Positions 25,049 to 38,181 of a stretch of DNA of 64,000 bases are shown piece by piece; the stretch's first letter is position 1, and the number at the start of each line of letters is the position of its first letter. This DNA is from Podarcis pityusensis (taxonomy: Eukaryota), in assembly GCA_964106645.2 (NCBI GenBank), contig OZ067054.1; one strand, 5' to 3'. The notes below the pieces were generated by a model. The model worked only from the letters and a program-made list of their open reading frames with translations, was not told where the DNA came from and ran no database searches. The translations under genes and the position numbers were made by a program.

Positions 25049-25726
25049 CTGGCTTTGGCTGATTTCCGGAGAGGCGTAATTAACAGCAGCTTGATATGCA
25101 AGAACTGTTAGGTGACAGTTCTGCTCTCCATGCTGTGAAGAGCTTCACACTGTTGATTTCTGCACATGATCTGAAAGGCATAAGAGCAGAATAGATTTCA
25201 AGTGTCCTGCAGTTTCAGCCCAGCAAGGATCAGGCCAGTGGGATCCTATGAGGAGCCAGTGGGATCCTATCAGGACCAGCCCACACATGAGGAAGGGGGA
25301 AGCAGCCACTTCAGGAAGTAGATGCCCACACGGGCACCCAGCTGCCTTAGGTTGACGCCAATTTCCAGCGAGATGTCGCTGGAACCTGCTACTACTGCTG
25401 CCCAACCTGGGTAAGGGATGCTTCAGTAGTGGTGGCAGGAGTGGCAGCACTTCCTGTTTCACCTCAAGTGACAAAACAGGACATGGCTTCCCTGGATCCT
25501 GTTTGACCTTATATAACAGCTGGTTCAGGCCTGTCTCCTTAGCATGAGCAACTTGCCTGCACAATGTAGTCTAGAGTCTCAACGAAGGATGACAATTCCA
25601 GATGGAAGCATATGAGCTCATCCACACCACAGACTTGAACTAGTATAGCAGTCAATCCCTCTTCCTTGAATTTTAATTCTGTGAGAGAATTAAGAGTATC
25701 TTAACAATTGCCAGCAACCTTTATTA

Positions 25727-25895
25727 CCGTATTTTTTGCACCATAACACTCACTTTTTTCCTCCTAGAAAGTAAGGGGAAATGTCTGTGCGTGTTATGGA
25801 GGGAATGCCTACGGGTGGCATGCCTACGGATTTTCCTCCTCTAAAAACTACGTGCGTGTTATGGTCGGGTGCGTGTTATAGAGCGAAAAATACAG
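25727..25895. mobile_element. Tc2/mariner-like MITE, 169 bp
   Basis: TA-ccgtattttttgcaccataacac ... gtgttatagagcgaaaaatacag-TA imperfect TIRs. CCGTA termini are typical of Tc2-like elements. Confidence 0.8.
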
Positions 25896-26739
25896 TAACT
25901 ACAGTTCCCAGGATTTTTGGCTGAGGGGGGGCGAGAAATAGTATTAAATCAATATAAAATGGGTGTGGGTGAGGCCTATGGTTGTCTCTCAAGAAGTCCC
26001 AGATTCAGTCTACATCATCTTCAGCCTGTGTATACTAAAAGGTTTAAAAGGCAGAGTTTTTTGTTTGTTTGGGGGTTGGGGCAAGTTTGTCCCTTCTGTC
26101 CCATTCAGCTCTTTTCCATGCCAACCAGAGGACAAATTTCTGTGAAGCAGGGATAAAAGCTGACTTGCTTTGACAGGTATTTGGAAATGGGCAAACAGGC
26201 TGAAGGGAGAAAGAAGGAGCTAGCAGAGATCTAGGGGGAAGTATTAGGCAGGTCTAAAGAGGCAGGATGAAGGGAAGCAGAGAGAGCTTAGAAGAAGGAG
26301 CCTGAGATGGGAAGGCAAGCTGGAGAAAATGATGGGCCTAGAGGAGAGAGGCACACAACCAGAAACTGTTCATATGGAAGGAGATTCTCTTGCAGGTATG
26401 ATGCATCAAGACTATTTAGTCCAGGAGTGGGGGACTTGCAGATGGTGCTAGACTACAGCTCCCATTGTTCCCGACTGCTGGCCATGTTGGTTGGGGCTGA
26501 TGGAAATTGGGGAGCAACAAAGTCTGCAGGGCCTCGGGTTCGCCATCCCTCATTTAGTCTTCATAGTTAATGTTCAGCACCTTGACTTTGCCCAGAAGCA
26601 TACAGGAAACTAGTGTCATAGTTCAATATATCTCTTGCAAAAACAGCCCCTGTTAGGTGACAGACTTCAGAATTCTGCACTGAGACAGAGTCCTCCAAGT
26701 CGTTTTAAAGGACAGCACCACAGAAATTAGTTTGAAGTA

Positions 26740-26956
26740 CAGTGGGTTAAGTACTTAATTCGTTCTGGAGGTCCGTTCTTAACCTGAAACACCACTTTAG
26801 CTAATGGGGCCTCCTGCTGCTGCCGCGCCCCCGGAGCACGATTTCTGTTCTCATCCTGAAGCAAAGTTCTTAACCCAAGGTACTATTTCTGGGTTAGCAG
26901 AGTCTGTAACCTGAAGCGTAATTAACCTGAAGAGTATGTAACCTGAGGTACCACTG
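26740..26956 (-). mobile_element. Second copy of the 31780 MITE family, opposite orientation
   Basis: Sequence is the reverse complement of the 31780 element and is TA-flanked. The left TIR carries an internal deletion. Confidence 0.9.
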
Positions 26957-27059
26957 TATAAACACAGAATGGATAGCAGTAGCCTGGTACACTGTGTTAA
27001 GGGAAATGTGCAAATCCTGGCCCGGGACCAAGCTGTTAAACTGGAAGCCTCCCTCACTG

Positions 27060-27200
27060 CCCCCCTACCGCCCCCCCCCCCAATGTATCACAAGGACCAC
27101 CAACCACCATCATCTCTGTCTTGTCGGTATTCGGCTTAAGTTTGTACATTTTGCAAACACCATGCTTGTTGGCATGGACATACTGTATCTGATGCCATGT
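27060..27200 (-). mobile_element. L2 RT fragment (degenerate)
   Basis: ORF 27054..27263 contains KLKPNTDKTEMMVVG, resembling L2 LKLNPDKTEVL. Confidence 0.5.
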
Positions 27201-28619
27201 ATTTCCTCCCCACTCTCCCCCCTTCTGCCCTTTGCCTAGGCACTGGTGTTGGGTGTGTGCCACTCCTCAGTTCTGATTTATTGACTCCCCAGCTCACAGA
27301 GCGGAGTTTGTTATGAACAGGGAGTTAGGAAGCTGCAGACCCAGCAAGCAGGACGGGACATTCCTATATATCCCAGTGGGAACTGTAAATTCAGCACTAC
27401 AAGTGTCTGTGAGAGAAAATACACCCACCCCAAACATGCCATCAATCTTGCCTTTATGGGCAACAGAGCCCCTCCTGGAAGCACAGGAACCTCTCTTGTG
27501 CACCATGCAGGTTTATATGGGAATTTGTCTATGTGTGTATCGTGTGCTGCATCCCTGTGAAGAGAATGTCAATGCATCTCAGTGATGCGTGTCTATGTAT
27601 GTGCATAGAAGCCATATTTGCTGGTAAAGATAATGGGGGGGGACCTTTAAAAATGAAAGATAGCCTTTTAAAAAGATGTTTGGGACGTGTAGCAATTGTT
27701 CATTTCATTTCTCCTTGTGTGTAAAGTGCATTTAGTTTAAGTTTCACTTTAATTTTGAAAATGACACGGGCTGTTTCTTCAATCAGTTGGCACAGTAGTC
27801 CTGTGGAGGGTGTTTAGTCCTGTTCCCTAGTGCTGTTCTCCCAAATTTAAATTGCGCCTCTTCCCTAAGTGCTCTGGTTGCCAACTGCCCTGGGACTGCA
27901 GAGCTGTGAAGGAGGACTGACTCCTAGGAAGAGTGCTATGATCATGAGAGAGGAAGAGAGAAGCTGTTCCCACTTTCTGCCAGAAAAAAAAATTCTACCC
28001 CAAATGTCAGTTGCGCCTGGGACCTTTGCAGTGAATTAAGAAGGGTGCTCTGGCCCCTGCCACCAACCAAAGGAACAAGTGCTTGCTGGGTAGTCTTCTG
28101 TATTTTTAATCTTTCGTAAGTTGCCTTGGAGATTGTTTGATCGAAAGACGGATGGATAAACACCACATCATTATAATAAATAAAGCTGCTATTACCTCCA
28201 CAGCAGAAAAATATATAGTTTTTGAATTTTTCTGCTGTGGGGCTAATAGCAGCTTCAGGTGGAAATGTTTTGAACTAATATTTGGTTTTATTTTGTATCA
28301 ATATAATGGAAACAACCATAGCAACAAATAGGGAAACTAAAGAAGAATGAAGTCTTGCAGGAAGGGGAAAGGATGGTGATCATTATTCAGAAATTCTGAT
28401 CATTCCCCTAATTCTTCATCTGTGAGAACTTTGCACATAAAATATACTTGAAGCCAACTAAGCATGAAGTTCAGTATAGGCTTGTTAAGAATCTAATTCA
28501 AATTTCTCTGTCACATGTATTGGTTAGTATTGGTTTTTAGTAGTTTTCAACATTCCCAACCTCAGCTAGGACTTGGCTTGACTATCATGTTTCACATGCT
28601 ATAGATATGAAAGTGTGAA

Positions 28620-28860
28620 TGATGATGATAAACATTTGTATAGTGTTTTAGAGTCAACAAAGCATTTCACAAACATTGTCTCAGTAAGTCATGCAACAAA
28701 CGTGTAAGGTAGGCCAGTTTTATTATCATTATTTTATGGTTGGGATATGCTGAGACTGAAAGAATAGGAGCTTGCTTAAAGCCACTTTGTGAGTTCATAG
28801 CACACACATTGGAACCAGGGTCTTCCTTGTTTTCAACTCAATTTCTCTGACCCAGCCTAC
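28620..28860 (-). mobile_element. Old MIR-like SINE
   Basis: aaagcatttcaca...caacaaacgtgtaaggtagg...tattatcattatttta...ctgagactga is MIR-core-like; a similar remnant lies at about 37800-37910. Confidence 0.5.
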
Positions 28861-30197
28861 ATGTTATGGGGACGTGCATGAGTGCTGTAGGTGAGTACGG
28901 ACCTGTGCCTCTCTGGAAATGTGTGTGATAAGGCGTCGTCGTGCCAGCATTTCCATGTTTCCTGCATGCAGCAGCCTGTGAAATACAGGAGGGGCAAGAG
29001 ATGCCAACACAATGATTTCACCTCACAATATTTTTCAGCTACACATGAGTGGGGAGCCGCAGATTGAAATGTCTGCAGCTGTCTGCAACTGCAGAACCAA
29101 ATAACTGGTTTGAAGGAACCTGCTGATATATTTTGATATTCTCAAAAAAGATTAAGGGGCAAATCAACTTAATCTGCCCCCCCCCCCCTTGTTGCCAGAG
29201 CATGCTAGCATGTGTGGGCCTGCAGTCCATTTGCAGTGGGTGCAGGGACAAAAGGCATTTGCTTGTTTTTCTATGAGGCAAGCTTATTTGTGTGTGCCTG
29301 TGTCACCCACTTGTGTTTATCCAGTCCAGAAACAGTGGTCAGTCTCTCGTTCCTTCATGTTCCCCAACCCCCTTTGACAGGTCACAGTTCCAGCTTTTCC
29401 ATTCTGCTGAATGACAAGAAAGAGCAGCTCTGTATTGGAAAAGGAAAACGATTTTGTTTGCTCCTTCAGCTCCTCTAAAAGATGGTTGCCAGGTTGCAAC
29501 CCAGAGATTTCTCCTTTATCATCAAATCTGTTTCTGATCAGGGAAGATTCACTGACCATAGATTCTTCTGGCCATTTCCCTCCATTACAGCTAAAACAAG
29601 CTGGCTTCCAGGTGTGCACCACACAGCAGGTGGGACAAGTGGACAGGATCTGTGGAGAAATAGCTGGGAGAAGCTACAGCTGTTGAGTCTCGCAATTCAG
29701 CGGTAGATCTAAACGGGGGGGGGGGGAGAGAAATGTCCAGGATTAACGTAACACTCCAGGTTTAGGGAAGAGATGTTTTCCCCAGCAGCTACTATCTTTC
29801 TATCACAAAGAGATATCAGATGATGAGTCAAGGGCCATGAGTCAACAAAGTCCAAACGCTACTGAGTATAGCTATAGAGTAACTTCTCCTTGACCTGGCA
29901 TGTTGATCTCTCTCTGTCAGCTCCCTCAGCCTGACTTTTGAGAAAGCACCTTGTTGGAAGAGGAGAACATGTAATAGTATGCGATCTGTACTGTTTCAAT
30001 GCAAAAAGAGAATTTCTGGACTGCAACTTGGCATCCTTTTCTCAAAATAGCTGCCACCCATCTCTTCCCCACATCTCATTTTTGGAAGAGGTTTTCAAGG
30101 AAGGGGCCATTGCCTGTGGACTGGGCAAGATTGTCCCCTCTCCCACTCCCAGGCTGTAGATTGGGCAGAGAGGAGGCTTGCCAGGCCTGTGAGGGAC

Positions 30198-30295
30198 AGA
30201 TAAAGAGTTCGGCAAAGTGTTTCGTCTGCTCAGGCAATGGATCTGTTTGTTTGTTCAGCTGCTGCCTCCAGATAAGGATTTGTTCTGCCAGATAA
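30198..30295 (+). promoter_or_regulatory. Candidate GATA/TAL1 enhancer
   Basis: Three AGATAA (30198, 30270, 30290) and a CAGCTG-N8-AGATAA composite at 30256-30275. Confidence 0.45.
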
Positions 30296-31082
30296 AAGCA
30301 CCTTTGAGGTTTGGAGATCACAGCCCTTGGGGAAAATAGTACGCCAGTTTGGGGGAGTCGCGACACACCAGATTGGCAGACAGACAAACCAGCCTATGCA
30401 CCCGAGAATTGTCTTCTTTCATGTGCATGCAAGATTGGGGGCAAAGGGCAGTTCAGTAATAGGGCAGCTAGAAGACTTTGAGTTGCAGCAACTAATACAG
30501 GAACATGGAGAAGCTAGGTGGTGAGGAGGACAAGGAAGTGTGAAGCGCTTAAGAAGGAAGAGCCCCCACTGCAGCCATTTTTACCACTTCTGACCTACAA
30601 TTAAATCTTTCCCAAATTATAGAAGGTTTTCTTTTTCTTATAATTATAAATTATAGGTGGTTATATTTGGTCTGTGACCGTAATAAATCTATTAATTCAT
30701 TATAGATGGTTTTCACCAACTGATGTTCAGACCCTGTGTTACACGAGTCCCTTTCTATGTCCATCAGAGGTTCCTGATTTGAGATGCAATATTGTTAATA
30801 TCCATCAAACAGCTTCCCTTTTCCAATTTACCCTGCGTAATGTGCACACCAGTCTGTAAAGTATACTGGATAAGAAAAAATTGGTTCTTCTCCATGGTAG
30901 GCAGCATGGCCTTTTCAATAAGGAAGTGGGCTACTGGCTTAGAATTGTATGTCTGTATAAGACATACTCCAACTCTGCCTCAGAACAATCATTTTGCTCT
31001 CCAGAACTATGCTCAGGTATAGTCCTATATTCCTGCCCCACCTGGCAAGGTATATTGCCTGAGTTTAATATTCTACAGGGAT

Positions 31083-31333
31083 AGCTACAGGGAACCAGGC
31101 AGAGGGCCTTCTCGGTAGTGGCGCCCGCACTGTGGAACGCCCTCCCATCAGATGTCAAAGCGATAAATAACTAACTGACATTTAAAAGACATCTTAAGGC
31201 AGCCCTGTTCAGGGAAGTTTTTAATCTGTGATATTTTACTGTATTTTTTGTTTCTATGGAAGCCGCCCAGAGTGGCTGGGGAAACCCAGCCAGATGGGTG
31301 GGGTACAATTAATAAATTATTATTATTATTATT
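31083..31333 (+). mobile_element. L2-clade LINE 3' end
   Basis: Encodes GTRQRAFSVVAPALWNALP (L2 ORF2 C-terminus), followed by a 3' UTR and (TAT)n tail. Near-identical to the copies at 32673 and 40770. Confidence 0.85.
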
Positions 31334-31779
31334 TTGCTTATAACCTTTGTTTGTTTTACTTATGGATTGGCATTATGGGCAAACCATATATTTGGCCACC
31401 TCACCCTAGTTGCTCACCAAACCAAAAAGTCACAAGGCAAAAGCAGCTGGGGAACAAAACAAATTTTGGAGAAACAAGCCATGGTTTATTTGCCAGCCTG
31501 GGCTCCTTTGAAAGAAGCTGTGATTTATTAATTTAATAAATATAAATAGTATTTGATTGTCTATGGGATAGCTCATGCATAGCTAGCGTTTGTTAAGCAA
31601 AGCATAGGTTAGCATTATGTGCATCAGGCTATTATAAACATGACTGGGAAGATGCCAAAGCCTTAATTAAATCTTCTGAGAATTGCGTCCCATGATATAT
31701 TTAAAAGATATGTCTGTGGATGGCAGCTGTATCATGTCTAAAGAACTGTCAAAATATACCTGGGCCAGAAAGATCAATA

Positions 31780-32005
31780 CAGTGGTACCTCGGGTTACAT
31801 ACGCTTCAGGTTACAGACTCCGCTAACCCAGAAATATTACCTCAGGTTAAGAACTTTGCTTCAGGATGAGAACAGAAATCGTGCTCTGGCGGCGCGGCGG
31901 CAGCAGAAGGCCCCATTAGCTAAAGTGGTGCTTCAGGTTAAGAACAGTTTCAGGTTAAGAACGGACCTCCGGAACTAATTAAGTACTTAACCCGAGGTAC
32001 CACTG
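31780..32005 (+). mobile_element. Tigger/pogo-like MITE, 226 bp
   Basis: Perfect 18-bp TIRs cagtggtacctcgggtta / taacccgaggtaccactg, flanked by TA on both sides. Confidence 0.92.
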
Positions 32006-32671
32006 TACACAATTTGCAGAGTTACTATCAGAATTTCCCCTAGCATGCATTTAAGCACCTTTCCTCTTTGTTGAATAAACAGTGATGTGTAAAACCATGT
32101 TGTGTTATCACTCTGAAATGGAACAAGTAGAAACCCATGATTAAGCTGGCCACAAGATCTTGGCCATTCTTTACATTTTGATATATGGAAGCATATAAGG
32201 AAATTATGCACTGTGTTGCATTATTGAAATGGTGTTTTAGAGTTTTTTGCTTTTGTGTGAGCTGCCTTGAGAGAGGGGCCATGGTTCTTGCTCTGAAAGC
32301 CCTAAATATATTTCAAATAAATATTTGAATAAATTTCCTTCCAAGATGGATGCACGATTGCATTTAGCAGTGAGTGGTCCTGAGACTGTATCTTTGTTCT
32401 TTAAAATCTGGTGTGAAAAGCTGTCCTCAAGTAAGAATGCCTTCTCACTTTTCTTTTCTCTATATGTCTCATGTATAGAAACAGGCAGACATTTATATTT
32501 ATAAAATGCCATTCTATGCAAGTCCAATATTGTGGCAAAGTACTGCAAATTACTTTGGCCAACAAGTATCTAAGATTCATCATGGACTATTCTCACAAAT
32601 TCAAAGACAAATATTTTTAGCCATTTTTCACCTGATGTCTTGTATGTTTTATAGGAAACAAAAGTACTGAA

Positions 32672-32672
<1 letters not shown>

Positions 32673-32715
<43 letters not shown>

Positions 32716-33047
32716 TTATTATTTGTACCCCGCTCATCTGGCTGGGTTTCCCCAGCCACTCTGGGAGGCTTCCAACAAAGATTAAAAATACATTAAAATG
32801 TCACACATTAAAAACTTCCCTAAACAGGGCTGCCTTCAGATGTCTTCTAAATGTCAGGTAGTTGTTCTTCTCTTTGACATCTGATGGGAGGGCGGGCGCC
32901 ACTACCGAGAAGGCCCTCTGCCTGGTTCCCTGTAGCTTTGCTTCTCGCAGTGAGGGAACCACCGGAAGGCCCTTGGCGCTGGACCTCAGTGTCCGGGCAG
33001 AACGATGGGGGTGGAGACGCTCCTTCAGGTATTCTAGGCCGAGGCCG
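32673..33047 (-). mobile_element. L2-clade LINE 3' end with (AAT)n tail
   Basis: Reverse complement of the same family; (aat)n run at 32673-32714. Confidence 0.85.
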
Positions 33048-36000
33048 TATATGCTGGAAGTGGTGCTTAGAGATCAGTAGCCAATATTTTCCCTACAAAA
33101 CTAAGGGTTTGCTTTAAAGCAACATGAAATAGTCCAAAGATTGCATGTGCCTACTTCCAGCCTCCATCTTTGTGAGGCACTAATTCAGTGTGAGCTCTAG
33201 TCCAGAGAGGTTATCCATGTGTGCCATTTTGGCTTTCAGATATGAAATTGTTTTAAGGTCCTCATTACTTCAGAAGGGGCTAGGAGTGCTCAGTGTGCCA
33301 GAACACTCAGTGCCTAGTATTACGAAACAGCCCTGAGGAGATGGGCAAGCTATGATCTGTAGGATTGTTCATGATGGAAACTTTTCAGTATTGAGTGGTT
33401 GGTGGGGAATAGCAAACAATTGATAGCATGTTTATCCTTAGCAATAAGGGAAGATGCATGTGGGTGATGGTTTGGCATGCGTGAGCAGTTCTTTGATACT
33501 TGGATTTTAGCTAAATTTCATCTGCCCAAAGTGAAGGTGCACTTATGGCACTTTCTGCCACATGTGTGCATTTGCTGCCTTTATATGTTGGGGAAAATGT
33601 GGAACTGGAGAAGACGAAATGCAGACATTTAAGAGGGAATTGTCAGTATAGTCTGGAGCTTGTGTGGGCTGAGGAAGATAATACTTGTGATATCTCTTCC
33701 TTGTGCACCTCTTACTCATGAGCTAAGAGTTCTTCCAGGGTGTTGCAATGAAACTTTGCAACTTTGCCAAGACAGCTAGTCAGTTTAAGGAGAAACTGAG
33801 ATAGGGCGTTAGGTTTGCAATATATCAAAGGCCAAACAGATAGGCACCTTGCAACAAGGACACACAACTGCCAATCCCTCTGGCTCTAATGCTGTGGTTC
33901 TCTAAAGGCTGTGACAGGAGAGGATGGCAAGTGTGGCAGGATGATTCAAGGACAATCAAAGAAACATTTAAACATTTCAGTGTAGTAGGATATAGTAGAG
34001 TATAATTATTTTCTTTTCTTTTTTTAATTTGTAGAATATGTAGCTGCACTGTTTTTTACTTTCTGGATGTCCCATGATCATATTCTAGTGATCTGTATTA
34101 TAAATCGAGCACTGCTAGGAGTTGTTTCTTTTTTGTTTTCCAATGTATTTCTTACCAATTAAAAAAGTAAATGGTGTGGCACAAGCAAATTTTTATGCTG
34201 AAAATGCCCAGATAAAACAGTTTGAGAACCACTGTTCCAATGGCTCCTTAAGTGTTAAGCAAAAACTTTCCCTATAACCAGGCCTTTGGCCTTTAACTAT
34301 CTGTTGCCTTTTAGAAGTTGGTGGGATGTTTTTAATGTATTTCTCTTTCCTTCTAGTTTTAATGCATCTGTGTGGGGTTTATCGTCCATTTGGTTGTAAA
34401 TGTCTTTGGGTTGCCTTGCGCAAGATAAAGTGACTGACAAATTTAATAATTAATAATTATTTTTAAAATGCAGAAAACCCCCCAGCTATTATCTAACTGA
34501 AGACTTATGTGAGAAACATGTCTGGTTCCTAGAACCTGCTGCTTTCATTCGCTATCTGACTGAAGCAATTAGTGATCTTTTTCTAATCTTCTTTATCTGG
34601 ACAAGGCTAACCTCTTCCAGGAGTTTAGGGTGAAACTGAATCTCTCTCTCTCTCTGCCCCCCTAACGTCAGCTTTTAAGGTCATTTTAGAAGGTGGCGCT
34701 GCAATGCCACTCCTGGCGAAGTAGCAAACAGGTGATGATGACCAAGCAAGAGCTCCATGGCAGCATGGCATTCCCTGCCTAGATCAACTCGCCTTGCCCA
34801 GCTCATTGGGCAACTTTTAGGAGTCTCATAATAATGACAGTTTTCCCAGGGGTTGGAGGGGTCTTACCCAACCTTATTTGGAATATCCTATAGCCACATA
34901 ATTGATGGCACCATATATTGGTGAGAGCTGTGATTTTTGTCACTGCCATTTGTTGAAGTTGTTTTTAGCATATTTTTCTGATGTTATTATTGTTAGCTGC
35001 TTCAAGAGCTATGCTGGGAAGCAGGGTTTTTTTCTTTTTCTTTTTTCAATCAACCTTCCCAAAATAAACAAACAATACATTCTCTCAATCCTATTTTTCT
35101 CCTTGTTTCAGAAATAGAACTTCTGATTCCTGATTTCTTCCCTTGTCCTGCTCCCAACAACATCATTATTATTATTATTATTAACATTTATATACCATCC
35201 TTCATCCAAAGATGACCACAACATTAAAATACAAAATGAAAACACAAATTACATAATAACTTTAATCACTTGGGTTTTTTTACAAATACCTTGAACATTA
35301 TCTGTCACCTGTTGCACACAGACCACATTTCTTATTTGCTCAGAGTAGAAGTTTTTCTTGTGTTTGCTGCTGGCTCCGCCTCCTTATTTATGCAACTGGC
35401 CCCGCCTCACAAAGGCGTTGATAGGTTAACTGGGGTTTGGCGGGACTAGCACAGGGAGGTGGGCCACTCCAACCAGCTGGTGAGTCCCACGTGGCCAGAG
35501 GTGCTGTGCGTGGTCCCACAAAGGACGCCCACAAAGGAAGGTGTGAGCACTCATTCTTGTGTAGATATCAGTTTCTGAGACTACCATGCATTGCAGTGCA
35601 GGATTGAACACCTAGCCACATTTTAAGGGGGGACAATAGCAGTGCTTTCCTCGACTGCCCCCACAGCAAGACTCTTCTCCCATCTCTTGTGGAGATGATA
35701 TCTTGCCATTGTCGCTGAGTGAAAAGTCACTTGTGTGAATATTGAACAATGGCCAAAACAGTGCTTGTGACGGATTTTTTGTGCGATCCCAAGGGAAGGC
35801 TGTTCAATCTGTGTTATTGAGGCAACAAACTACGTTGCAATATGCACAGTACATTTCGTTAGGTGAAGATGACACCCCACCTAAGAAATTATAATGTCTG
35901 AAGCTGACCTAAAGCAGCATGGGTGTCTGAAGTGCGTTTTGCCTGTTTCCTTCTTCAAGTTCTCTGCTCTGCTGCTGCAACATTTCTTTAAACTGGAAAG

Positions 36001-36777
36001 AAAAACAAAATCATGATTTATTAATTCTGAAGCAAACCCCCGGTGCCTCTCTTGCGCGTAGTGTTTAAGAATTTATCTTCTATCTGTCCCTGGGCTAAGC
36101 AAAGCCACGCTCCTCCGTCCGATTGCCGGTTGCCTGCTGCCGGCGTTGGGGGAGCAGTCCTAGCCGCCAGCACTAAAATGGCTGCCAAGTTTTAAAATGG
36201 CTGCCAGCAGTCGCAAGGCCGAAAGGGAACAGTGTGCCTCGGCCAACTTTGAAAGGGAAGGGAGAAGAGGTGGGGGGAAGAGAGAGAACCAACTCTGAAA
36301 TATTTCCTTAGTGCTTCCCCAGCTGTTGCAGAGTATGAGGCACATTTCCTGGCTTCTTTTTGCTTTGCTTTGGCTCCGATAGAGGTAAACTTGCAGTGTT
36401 GTTGACATAGGTAACCTGAGTTCTACAGCTAGCCTTGCTGCGCCAAGTCTGGACAGGAAAGGGATGGGCTGGTTAACTCTTTGGAGGTCTTAGGCCTCGT
36501 TTGCGTGGTGAGCACAGGTGGTCTTCCAGCACAGGGTTGAGGGGCTCAAAAATTAAGGACAGCAAAGCTATTTGAGGTCCCATAAACATTTCCTCTTGTA
36601 TTTTACCTGGCCAGATACTTCTCTTTTCTGTCACTCCTGATTTGTCAATGAACCAAGATAAACGTTTCTTTCAAGATGCCTAGAAATCTGCTAGGTAGGC
36701 CATGCCCACACCACTGTCTCTGTGGGTGCTTGGCAAGATAAAAGATGCAAATCAGAGCTTCCATTTAGAGGAAAAAA

Positions 36778-37130
36778 GGGTGGCGCTGTGGTCTAAACCA
36801 CAGAGCCTAGGGCTTGCCGATCAGAAGGTCGGCAGTTCAAATCCCCGCGACGGGGTGAGCTCCCGTTGCTCGGTGCCTGCTCCTGCCAACCTAACAGTTC
36901 GAAAGCATGTCAAGTGCAAGTAGATAAATAGGTACCACTCTGGTGGGAAGGTAGACGGCGTTTCTGTGCACTGCTCTGGTTCGCCAGAAGCGGCTTTGTC
37001 ATGCTGGCCACATGACCCGGAAGCTGTTTGCGGACAAACACCGGCTCCCTCGGCCTATAGAGTGAGATGAGCACCACAACCCAGAATTGTCTGCGACTGG
37101 ACTTAATGGTCAGGGGTTCCTTTACCTTTA
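36778..37130 (+). mobile_element. Sauria SINE
   Basis: Colinear with the 13429 copy from gggtggcgctgtgg to the tail cctttaccttta. Confidence 0.92.
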
Positions 37131-38181
37131 GGGCACGTTTCTGACCCTCATGGTTAAAGAGAAAAGGGGTTTTCTCCTAACTGAGAGTGATATTTTTTCA
37201 ATCAGCAGAGGAATGGGTTGGGAATGGGTTTTCTATTTTGGACACTGGGAAGAAATGAGTCTTTAGCCAACTAGGTCTAGGATTCCTAGATACCATTTAG
37301 CATGCAGTTTCTTTGAGAAGTGTAGAAGAAAAAAAATGCAGGCATGGTCTGCTTCTGCCAGCATAGCAAGTTGAAGACAGGATGACTTTCATCTGCGACA
37401 ATATTCGTTTCAAAGCAGGTGTGACAGGCCCAGGAACTCTGTGCTAGATGGCATCTGGAAACTTGGTAGTATTGAAAAAACTACAGGAACAAACCCATAC
37501 ACTTCAACTTTGGATTCATTCTGATTTACATGGATTTGAATCCCCACTCAAACACTAGAGATGGGTTGAGGGAGTGGAAATAACTTTGGAATACTTTGAT
37601 AGTTGCTGTGAAACCTGTTTAAAGCTTGTTAAAGCATTATCAGTGTTATGGGATCTTGATACTTAGCCATACTTACAATGTCCACCCCCACCCTCATGTA
37701 TCTGTGCATCATTTGTGCTGCATCTTCTTTCTTAGGTTCATATCTTTGCAGGACGATTTCAAAAATTTTCCATTGTTGTGCACCTAGTAAATCATGTAAC
37801 TCCTTTTCACTTCACATTCATTATAGTTTTATAATTCTTACAGTAGTCCTGTAAGGAAGGTCAGTATTATTATCCTCATATAGCAAAAAGGGGCGCTGAG
37901 TCAGAGAAAGTAGCACTCCCACTGTTGCTGCTGAAAGTCAGGTACACATGATGTTAGCCACAATCCATATGTATTCTATAGTTTCTTGAGAAATACACTT
38001 GATACGTTTTCCTTCAAACCAGCTTTCATCTAACTTGAAAATGCATGCTGCAGATAAGGTGAGATGTGTACAGTTTAGGCAGCCATTGTGCATGGGCAGC
38101 TGGCAGCTTCCTTGAACAGAATTTTCAGGGGGTTGCAGTTGAGGGGAAACAAAATCAGGCAATGTACATTAGGTGTACATA

